Shown: in pieces, positions 11,697 to 22,665 of the stretch
Numbering within the stretch: position 1 is the stretch's first letter
How the letters are laid out: each line of letters begins with the position of its first letter
Notes under the pieces: generated by a model
Databases searched by the model: none
What the model was told of the DNA's origin: nothing
Seen by the model: the letters and a program-made list of their open reading frames with translations, nothing else
Position numbers and translations under genes: made by a program
From: Bugula neritina
Taxonomy: Eukaryota; Animalia; Bryozoa
Length of the DNA stretch: 64,000 bases
Direction: 5' to 3'
Assembly: GCA_964035545.1 (NCBI GenBank)
Contig: OZ037765.1
Coordinates: forward strand, 20,088,995 to 20,152,994

Positions 11697-14600
11697 TCAG
11701 GAACGACTGGCTTTGCTCAGAGTTTCTTCATCAAACTCTATTATATATGTAGTTTCTTTTCGTTCTTTATCTCTTTCTCTATCAGGAGTATAAGCAGTGA
11801 CTTTAGCCATCTGTATAGGAAACCAGAATAAGAGTTATGCTCGATATTACTTTATTATGTGATTTTTCAATTTTTACTCGCACAATACTTTTCATAAACT
11901 TGTATTATCTTTTGGAGCAAATTTTGAAAGGTTAATAAATAAAATACTTACATAGTTAGATCCAACTAAGAAAGCTTGTATAATACCAGCTGTGAAAGAT
12001 GCACAAGACACATTTTCTAAAACATATTATTTTAAAATATGTAACTTGTTTGTAAATCCTTGATAACATTGAGGGGAAATCTGGTAAAATAATTGGTAAG
12101 CAGTGTAGGATAGTAGATAGAATAGTTTTAGCTATACTTTAATGGTAACCATCACCATTTTATTATGATTACAGTTGTAGATTAAAAAAATTTTGCGACA
12201 GCATGTACCAAAATTACAGAGAGCGAAAATTATACTGAATAATATGTATTATTAATAATAAGCATGCTTACTTCTATCCTTGGGTGTTGATATGTAACTG
12301 TTGACGAGAGGATCTTTTTCAATAATGTAATCTGATACAAGATATTAAAGAAACCAAAGAACCAAAGTATGCAAATGCTAGGAGTTCAACTTTGTGCATA
12401 AAACTTGCTATCCTCCAACTTGACTTCACCGAGTCTTTTCACATGTTGGTGAATTTTTTTCAATAAGTACATTATCATAAAATTTTTAGTTGGCAGCATT
12501 ATAATCCAGAAAAAACTCTAAAGACAATATGCATGACTTCATTTGAAGATTAATAATTAGTAACCAGTAAATAAATCAAAAATAGCTCACAAACATAAAT
12601 TTTAAAAAATTTGCCAAATTAATTGAGCTAGAAAGCAGCTGTAGTCTAGTGATTAGAGCACTGGCATTTAGTAAACGAATGTTTATGGGTTCAATTCCCA
12701 GTAAAGGCCATTGGAGATGTTGGAAGAGTATTTAGTCATAATTGCTCCTTTGCAACTATAGAAAAACAGGGGTGATGACTACAAACTCGCGCCAGTTAAA
12801 TGAAACTGCTAGCTCTTTGAATCTAAATCGCACAAAAGGATACAAATTCTCTGATCATCCTGTGCTTGGTTCAACCCATCAGCTTCTTTACCAAACAGAC
12901 TCTATTAAATTAAATAATGCTCAAAATATAAATAAAAAACAATGCCAGTATATGTTAAATTTTACACATCATTGCACAGTTTTAAAAACCCAATTATGCC
13001 AATATATCAAAATATTACTAATCAATAAACACTTCAGATAATGAAAATTTTACAGTTTACCTTCCAAACAGTAGATTTAATAAAAGACAACATCTTGTGC
13101 AGATTTATTTCTCTTTTATAACCTTTTTCTCGTATATAGTTGACATCAAGTATCTTTGTTCCCACTTCATAGCCCAAGTCATGAAGCCTATAAACAATAA
13201 CTTTTATTTCTGTGTGTTTGTATAAATTCAATGCAAGCAGAGTCAAAGGGTATTTCATAATAACTCAATATAGTTTAGAGTCGCATGCTTTCTGCAAAAC
13301 CACATGCAGTTACACTTCCTAACTAAAGCTGCCTCAAAGTGGTATCCCAAATTTTATTTTTTTGTAATAATTTATTACAGCAATCACTTGAAAAAATAAT
13401 CTAGTCATTCTACTAAATTGTGCCTCAATTTTAAAGAGTTGATGTTTTAATTTTGATTCAGTAATATTACCTAATGATAACAACATAGTAAACAAAAGCC
13501 AAAAATATTTCTAAAAATGTTGTACGGTTCATCTTCCTTAGCAAGTGATGTTCATCACATTCCATCTGTGAAGTAGCACTTCTTACTTTAACAAGGGTAA
13601 AAAATTGTTTTCTAAGCATAACTGAAACCAACATGAGCTAGTACAGAAAGTACACAAGCTCAAAATACAATTAATTTTTAAAGCAAAAAAATCCGTTTGA
13701 AATGCACATGTAGATTCTAGATACTAAGGAAAGTTTGGAGATTTTTCATGGCTAAACAGCTCCAAAATTACAGTCTGTCAAAAAATTAGTCTCATTCAAA
13801 AGATAGTTTGCCAATAAAAAAAGGAAACTCAATTAGATACTCCAGGAGAGCAAGACATAACCGATAGTTTGGCTTTTTACAGCTGAGAGAATGTGTCTAA
13901 AATAAAAAGTTTGCAAATTTTTTACACTTCTAAATTTTACAAAGCTTCAAAAGTTTATAACAAACTGAGCTGGATTACAACGCATAAAGCAGTTAAAATA
14001 TACAGAAGTTGTAATATAATGGTGACATTTAGTTTCATCAGTCAGATAAATTAATACTCACTTGCTATTTAAATCAGTAACTGTAAGAGCTCTTTTCTCA
14101 CAATAGGAAACCATTTCAGAGAATAGAAATGCATATGTGGCTACATTTATCTAAAACAAAAGTCAAGTCCATTTTACAAATTTCAAACTACTTATTTTAT
14201 TTTGAGATAAAATTCTTAACTTTTGAATTGTTGAATAGATTTACACAAGGCACTTGTACACTTTCAACTTCATTTCGAAGCTAACTTTAAAATCTTTTAC
14301 TAATTATATTCAACAAAACGCTTTGCAGATTGTAAAAAGTTATAAGAAAATTGAACAAATACACTATTACCATATAATTTACCTTTATATATTGCATGAA
14401 TAAGACACACTTTTACTCTGATTTGCTGTTGCATATATAACTTTTAGCTGGATAACCTAGGCACATTTCAAACTTTCTAATGATAAAAATTTCTGAATGA
14501 AAAAGAATTTTCACGTGTAATAAGAGAAACCTGCCTATTCAAAAACAAATAACCTATATAATATTGAATAAAGGTATTCAAAGCAACAGATTCTGGAATC

Positions 14601-15339
14601 TTAGAATTAATCTTAGTTCAAGAGTAATAATATAAGACCATTGACTTTTATTTCACACATAAAAAGTAATATAAGCCAGGAGGTTTATCAATTTAAATCA
14701 AAGGAAGTCCAGTGAACCTGGATCATCCATTGTAATAATGGTCATTATCATACCGAAAACAATTGATGTTAATACAAAATTCAGAAAAAAATCCTTTCAG
14801 TCTATATTTTTCAATAAAAATCTGCATGACCACAATATGCAGTTCATATTGTATAGGTGGTTCATGTGCTATTTTCTAGTACATGAAAACAGTGTCACTG
14901 GCACTTTAAAACTAAAAACTATCAGTATAATGCAGAGCAATTCAAAACAACAACTTTTTTATATTTGAAACTGTTAAAAAAAGGGTCAAGTTAGACTTGG
15001 TGCATACCTCTATTTCTAATCATTACTTTTCAAACATTTGTTCACAATTTAAATTATAACTATGAGCTTTACATGATAAATTAAAATAATTTTAAACATA
15101 TATATTATAACACTAAATTTGATATTAGCTATAATAAATAAACATACTTTGTAATATCATTAGTTATAATATAAAAATTCTGAGTTCACGTTATCTTTAA
15201 ATTAAACCCCTAGCTTAGTTGGAGCATTTAGCAATTGCCAACTGACACTTCCGCTAAAATTATATAATTGACATACCTCAGCCCTGGGTTTGCTTAAAGG
15301 TCTGTCAAGAATGCTATTTTTTCTAGTGCCTGAAGACAT
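11697..15339 (-). CDS. TRAPPC5: Trafficking protein particle complex subunit 5 (Trs31)
   Basis: Seven phase-consistent coding exons: MSSGTRKNSILDRPLSKPRAE|INVATYAFLFSEMVSYCEKR...|LHDLGYEVGTKILD...FIKSTVWK|SLFGKEADGLNQAQDDQRI|YYIIEKDPLVNSYISTPKDR|KNVSCASFTAGIIQAFLVGSNY|MAKVTAY...TTYIIEFDEETLSKASRS*. Mostly missed by the ORF track. Confidence 0.93.
12332..12843 (-). other. U12-type (minor spliceosome) GT-AG intron of TRAPPC5
   Basis: Donor GTATCCTTTT. Branch-like TTCTTTAAT (12352-12344) lies just upstream of the CAG acceptor. Splicing restores the frame ...RI/YYIIE. Confidence 0.85.
12634..12780 (+). mobile_element. tRNA-derived SINE, copy 2 (internally deleted)
   Basis: AGCAGCTGTAGTCTAGTGATTAGAGCACTGGC...GGGTTCAATTCCCAGTAAAGGCCATTGGAGATGTTGG aligns by eye with copies 1 and 3. 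Confidence 0.75.
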
Positions 15340-15679
15340 TGTCACTTGCTCTTAAAAGATAAAAGCAAATCAGCATAATGTTTGAAATTCTGAGTCAATG
15401 CAATGCTTAAAATTAAAGTACTAGAAGACTAGACAACTAGTTTCACAATCACCGTCACCCATTATTAGAGAGTGAGACAATATGGTTGATTGATTGATTG
15501 ATTTTGTTTCTATCACTAACATGATATATGTTGTGAGAAAAATGTGTTAAATACCGATGCCCATGATATTAAAAATGATAACAGTGTAACATACATGGCT
15601 TAAAAATAGGAGTAAAAAGTTTCTGAGGCTGGAAGTTCAATTAACAAAAATTATTATACAAGTTTATTTAGCTTGAGTG

Positions 15680-15890
15680 CTGCCTGGCGTATAAAATAAT
15701 ATCTGCCCCAAGTGCTTCTGTATTTAATATTAATCCGTGCAGTTCATCTAGCTTGTAGCGTACAGATTGTGCATTGGTCAGTATGATGGCTGGCAGGGGA
15801 ACTCTTGAGTTTTTAACTTGATGTTTCACACAAACCCCGGCTCGTTTTCCTCTTTTTCTTGCTCTAAGTATTCCAGGGTCAACATTTTTA
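15680..15890 (-). mobile_element. LINE relic: N-terminus of an APE-endonuclease ORF (CR1/L2/Rex-Babar type)
   Basis: Minus-strand translation LRARKRGKRAGVCVKHQVKNSRVPLPAIILTNAQSVRYKLDELHGLILNTEALGADII matches the RKRG.RAG...PLP.I.L.N..S...KLDEL pattern of such LINE ORF starts. Confidence 0.75.
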
Positions 15891-16059
15891 ACTAGTGAAT
15901 TCCTAATTTTTTCCTAAACTGCCAATGTTAAAACAAACTTGAAACTTTTAGTTTTCTTTAACCATTACTATGGGCCTACTTCTACTCCCAGGTCAGAAGG
16001 AGGGGCATCTAAGATTATGATATATAATTTATGATTCTTGATTTGGTAAATCTTAGACT

Positions 16060-16850
16060 ACCACTTATACTATATATTCATTATCACTATGAGACTATCA
16101 ATATGAGCAACATTAAATTTAATATTATAATTACAATAGTGATTATATTTTACCCATATTAATTCAATTTACTATCAATATTATAGCCGTACCATTACCT
16201 GTAAATTATAGTATAGCTTATACATAATATAGTTATAGTCACAGAAATAAAAGAACTTCACCAACAGGAAACAACTAACAAGTAAACATCAACCTGTAAA
16301 TCAAACTGTTCCTCTAAGTCTAATAGTTATACTTACATATACAGTTTTTGCTAGAGTAAGAGTTTGAGTTACTGTAGTCGTAGAATCAGAGTGTCAAGTG
16401 AGAATAAGAATCGAAATGAGATGAAGTGCAAGTCTAAAAAACACTAACATAATGAGAGTGTAGTAGAAATAATAACATAAAACTTAAACTATTGGGTTAT
16501 TATTATTACTTTTAGTATTACTATCAGATATTATCAATAATGATTAGTATTAGTATTATACTTAATCTTACTCAAGTCGGACTCAGTGTCAGTGTGTTAG
16601 ATTCAGTTTGACTTTCACTTTGACTTTGTTGAATTACTATTAATATTACTATTATTATTAATATTAGTATTAGACTATCACCATTAGTATTACATGTACC
16701 AGTGCTATATCTATCACTATTAGTATTTCCAAATTCAATTTATAATCATTATAATTATTTTAATTTTTATACTTATTCTGATTCTTAACAGCTAACACTT
16801 TGACTTAGAGTTAGCACTCAACAGTTAACTTAACAGTTGATAATAATGGT
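16060..16850. repeat. Degenerate ~6-bp periodic tract in the TRAPPC5 5'-UTR intron
   Basis: e.g. att agt att aga cta tca cca tta gta tta ca; act ttc act ttg act ttg; aga gta aga gtt tga gtt act gta gtc. Confidence 0.65.
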
Positions 16851-17149
16851 TGGAGGAGTGAAACATTGACCGTCAACAATTTCAACCTAATCTCATGTTG
16901 TAATGGTAATTGTCATGAACTATACACGTTTAAAACTTATACTCATTTTAAAGCAATAATATCATAAATATTTTATCCCAATGAATATCAATATGATGAA
17001 TGATGAACTATCAATCGTATTTACATTTTGCAGAACTTTCACCGTAGTCTTGGTTCATAATATATATTTGTTTGTCTGAGCTTTTTAAACTGTAAAAGTT
17101 AGTTCATCGTTTATGTACTAAAAAACGTTGGTGATGACAGGCTATTTAT

Positions 17150-17265
17150 TAACCTTGACCTTAAAAAAGCCAGTTCCGTTAACTGCGTGCGCATCGTTGT
17201 CACTTAGGAACAGTTTGCATGGAGAATTTGTAAATCCATGAAGTTTGTGTCTATGCAGACAAGTT
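17150..17265. promoter_or_regulatory. Inferred TRAPPC5/DNAI2 divergent promoter with RFX X-box-like motif
   Basis: CpG-containing patch with GTCACTTAGGAAC at 17199-17211. Candidate first-exon donors at ~17043 (-) and ~17262 (+). Confidence 0.55.
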
Positions 17266-17852
17266 AGACAGCAATAATGTACGATTCACACCTTTTATAG
17301 TATCATAGTTAGCTACTAAAGATAGTTTTAACTGTTTTTTATACTTGAAATTTTGTTTTTATATTTAGTAGTTTTATTGCTATATAACATTCATATAAAT
17401 ATCAATATGAATATTCATACTATTTTGTTGTGCTTGTACACGTACTCGCAGTCAATACTTATAGTATCACAATCGAATATAGTGAGAGTGAATTGACTTT
17501 TTTCTGTGTGTTAATTTTGACACAAACATAGAAATATGCACAAATTTTATTTTTGATATTTAATCAATTTTTGAAGCAGTCACATCCCATCGGTTTTTTA
17601 TTTTCTGTTTACTTTTAACTATTTAGTTTCTAGTGTTTAGAAGCAGCTACAATACTGTATATTTGATAAATTTTGTTACTATCAGTAATGTAATTTTTGT
17701 ATTTTTAATTTTGAAGTTACAATTTGCTATAAAACCTACATATTATGTTATGTAATCTCAAATTAGAAGAAAATCTTACAAACCTATTACCACTTTTACT
17801 TTTAGAATTAATTGCAGTACTATGCTTATTTGTCTTATGTTTCAGAATCAAC

Positions 17853-20800
17853 ATGGAGATTGTATATGTTTACACAAAGAAACGAGCAGAGTTTGGCAAA
17901 CAATGCAACTTTTCAGATAGACCAGCTGAGTTACATGTAGATATTTTACCTGATCCTAGTCTCCTGGATAATTTCATCGAACGAGATCCAGTTGACAATG
18001 GCATTCAGTGTGTGCAAATGATGTCAGAGCATGAGGTAAAACATAGTAAATGTTGTTATTTTATAATTATTTGTTCTATTTTAACAATTTGATTGAAGCA
18101 TAAACTGACTTTTTTTGTTGTGTAGGTAAACACTGAAAGGTTTGAAACAGAAACAAGAGGAATTAATCACACGGAGGGTGGTTGGCCTAAAGATATTAAT
18201 TCAGCAGAGGTAGAGCAAGTGATGAGATACAGAAAGAAAGTAGAAAAAGATGAGATGTATGTGAACACAATACAACAGCTTGGCTCAGTAAGTATTCTAC
18301 AATAGATTGCAGCTATCAACATGGAAAAAACCTTTAAAAAAGTTATAAATAAAATTTGTATGTATTTAATAGGTTATGGAACATATAATTAGGCAAAACA
18401 ATGCACTAGACATATATGAAGACTATTTTGCTGATATTGAAGTAGAAGGCACAGACGAGCCTCCATCAGCTAAAACCATCAATGTTTTCAGGTATGGCAT
18501 GGTATTCATTTTCAGTAATAATGGGAGATAAACTATAAAAAATCAGTTGATCAAAATCTTTGCAATTATACATTTACTATGATCTAATTTTTCAGAAACA
18601 AATTACACATAATATATTATTTTTATCTATGCTAGTTAAAGTGTAACTAAAACTTGTAGCAGTACAATTGCAACATTAAAGTTGTAATTGTGAAAAGTTT
18701 GTACATGATTTTTGCTAAATTATAGCAACTCAATAAGAACTGATTCAATTGAAAAAAGTTATTTATCAAAGTTAAAAATTTGCTTGATATGTTGTGTAAA
18801 ATATTGAAAATTTTTTACATATAGGGATCCAAATGAGTACAAGAGAACAGCTACACACATATCCTGGTTCCCTGATGGACCCAGAAAGCTAGCTATTGCA
18901 TATTGCAACCTTGAGTTCCAGAGATCACCAACAGATATCTGCCATGATTCTTATATCTGGGATGTTGGTGAGATTTTAAAGCCTTCATTTATAGCTTTTT
19001 CCGAATTTATCTGTTCAAAAATTCTTGCATGTGCCAAGCTTTTAAAAGGTTTTTCAGGTTGTATTCTTAAATATGATGATAGTTGAACTTTTTTAGAAAA
19101 TCCAAACAAACCGGAAATGACATTGAAGCCTGTTTCACCATTGGTATGCATAGAGTACAATCCCAAAGATTCCCATATCTTGCTTGGTGGCTGCTACAAT
19201 GGCCAAGTTGGTAGGTTGCTATAAGTGTCATACAGTAGTTGTCTGTATAGCTGTAATGCAGTAACTGCAGCACTTGTATACTTCATATGTAGCTTTTCTT
19301 TATGTTTTACACTAACAATCATGCATGCAGTTTTACAGTGAAATCTAATCTAGTGAGCAACTTTCCAATTATACATACAGACATTGTGTAGTGTGACCTC
19401 AGTCAGGGTTCCAGCTTGTCATAAACTTAAATTGCAAATTTCACAAGCAGACTTCAAACATTTTTTTAGCGTACTGGGACGTAAGGAAAGGCCCTCAGCC
19501 AGTTGAGATGACTCCAGTTGAGCACAGTCACAGAGACCCTGCATACAAAACTGTTTGGTTACAGAGTAAAACAGGCTCTGAGTGCTTCTCAGCTAGTACT
19601 GATGGCCAAGTCTTGTGGTGGGATACAAGAAAGTTTAGCGAGCCGTTTGAATCAATGATTTTAGACCCTACAAAAAAGCAAGATTTGACAAAATCTCAAG
19701 GCTCAATGGCATTGGAATATGAGCCAACAATGGTATGTGTAATGATTAATTTTTGTCAATTTTAGGCTTACATGTATGTTTTTCTTCTTGATGTTTACAC
19801 ATTTTGTCTTGCTTTCAGCCTACTAAGTTTATGGTCGGAACTGAACAAGGCTCAATTTTCACATGCAACAGAAAAGCGAAAACACCAGCTGAAAAGATTG
19901 TTTCGGTTTACCCGGGTCATCACGGGCCTGTCTATTCTTTGCAAAGAAATCCTTTCTTCCCCAAGAACTTTTTGAGTGTTGGAGATTGGACCGCTAGAGT
20001 GAGAAAATACGTTCTTTTTATTTTATTGGCTAACAAAATGAATGATGAAGTTGAGGCTATGCAAAGTTTGAGCTTAAAAATCAATTGTTTTGTATATTAA
20101 AAGTTTTACACTTAAAAGCACATCAAACTAGTTAAACTGCTTCAAATATAGTTAACATCTTTCAACAACTGAGGCTTATAATGGAAAGATGACTCCGAAA
20201 AATTGCAAATTCTGAATTTCTTTTTTTACTAATTTGCAAATTGTATATGAAGTGATAATTTTTGTTTTAAGTATTTGAGTTTTTATCTTGAAAACAAAAC
20301 TCATTTTATAATATAAAGTAAATTTTGTAGATTTGGTCTGAAGATATCAGGGAGAGCTCAATAATGTGGACCAAGTACCACACAGCCTACTTGACTGATG
20401 GATGTTGGAGCCCCACTAGGCCAGCCGTCTTTTATACTACAAGAATGGATGGAACACTGGATATTTGGGACTTCCTCTTTAAGCAAAATGATCCAACTTT
20501 AAGCATCCAGGTTAAAATTTTACTCAAGAATTCATTTTTCTCGGCACACAACGAAAACCTCAACCTACTGATCATCATTCCTTAATGTATTATTCTCAAA
20601 GAAACATTAAATATTTGACAGTATTGAACGTGTAAAGTTTTGGTTGCAGGTTTGTGATGATCCACTAATGAGCTTGAGAGCCCAAGATCAAGGTAAATTG
20701 ATAGCCTGTGGATCTCAACAAGGCACGGCAACCCTACTCGAACTTTCAGAAGGACTTATTCAGCTGCAAAGAAATGAAAAGAGCCTTGTTACTGCGGTAG

Positions 20801-22265
20801 GATATATTCAATGCAGCCAAGTCTTGTGTAAAGTCAAGTAGCGCTGCATTCAGCAGTCTTGCTCAATTTTAAAAAAAGACTTCTTTAAAATTCATTTTTG
20901 AAAGTAGCAATTGACTCAATTCCTAGTCAAGGTGATGAACACATTATATTATGAGAGCTAGACCACTGTCAATGTTGTTGATGTGGTAGTGTTTCGTGTA
21001 TGTATTCTAATTTCAGCTCATGAGTCACAATATTTGTGAAAATTATATGAAAATATTGGCAAATGAAATGCTCAATCATTAAATACTTACTATAGCTTGT
21101 TGGTTTTGTTAGATGTTTGAAAGAGAAACAAGAAGAGAAAAGATTTTGGAAGCAAGACACAGAGAAATGAAGTTGAAAGAAAGAACTAAATCAAAGGGTG
21201 CAGCAGAAAAGGTAAAGTTTGCAGTAGAAATAAGAAGCTATAATTGGCTATTGACAATATTTTTGTGTTCTCATATTTAACTTCACATTAGTTGATAACA
21301 GCATACTCTTAAAACTGCAAGATAGCGGTAAAGTTGCCCCATGCAAAATACATGGACAGTCAATTTAATTTTTGCTACCAATTCATATTTTAAATAAACA
21401 AAGATTAAGAATTTGTTTATAAAATTTTTTTTAATAGAAAGGGCTTGTATACCATGTTTATCAATGCATGTCAGTGTTTGTTTTTGTAATTCTAACTTTA
21501 TACTTACAAAAACTTTTTTAATTCAACAAATAACTTTTTTACTATTACTTAAACCAAAAACAATCTATACTTCAGAGAAATATTTTGATTTTTGGGGTTT
21601 TTATAATTACTAATTTCTGTAGGATGATGATGAAAAGGAAGAAGATTATGACGAAGAAGATTTAGTAGGTAAAGCTGAAGCCGACTTCTTTGACACAATT
21701 GAGCATGCCGTAAAGTTGAGGGAGAAGAAAGATGCTGAGAAGAAGAAACAGGAAGAAGCTCTTAAAGCCAGTGAGGATGCAGGAAGTGGTAAAGTGAGTA
21801 AATAAGCAAATAATTTGATTATGCAATAGATTAGATTAATATTGGAGTTTAAAAACATCTACCAAATCATCTTGAAACTAATTTGAGTTAAATTGCTAGG
21901 CTCAATATTTCATTACAATATATAGTAATATAATCTAAATAGTAAAAGTCATTACGATGTAATAAATCTTAAGCTCTTAAATAAATTCTTGCAATATGTT
22001 GTTTTTTCTCATAATTGGAGAAATTAATCTGGCAATTGCAAATAGTCAATCATTCGATACACATTGAGCTGCTGGACAATTTGGAAATAGCAGCACAAAA
22101 CTTGTAAACTTGAATAATACATACATAGTTCGTTGTTTATATTATGTTCACACACTTTCTGTATCAAGTGGATATATATCAAATATTGTTAAAGCATGTG
22201 AATAAAATTATCTGTATTCTCAGGTGTCTCCCATAGATGAAGAAAGTAAGGAGAAGGAAGAGTAA
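17853..22265 (+). CDS. DNAI2: Dynein axonemal intermediate chain 2 (outer arm, WD40)
   Basis: About 12 coding exons: [132 protein letters not shown], ending ...ESKEKEE* at 22265. Confidence 0.96.
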
Positions 22266-22665
22266 AACAGTGGCATACGTTTTGGAGTGCAGACAATATA
22301 TATATAGAATACCATGAAAACAGACATTTTTCAGCTAATTAGCATGATTTTTATTATTAAATATTATGTTAACAACAAATGCCACTATATATGATGCTTA
22401 TTTATTTGTACAAAACTAAATATATTTACATTCTGATACATATTGGAGTGAAAAGGCTTGTTTTGAACGACATATAATATATAAATATTAACATATATAA
22501 AAGTAAATAGTAACATTTATGAGTGTTAGTATATTTACGTATAACTACTTGACTTTTCGTTGTAATAATGCACTTCAAGTATCACAAGAAAATGTTTATA
22601 AGTACATCAAATTAGGTGAAAATATATGAGTCGAGGATAGCACGTACACTATATAATATAGTAGA

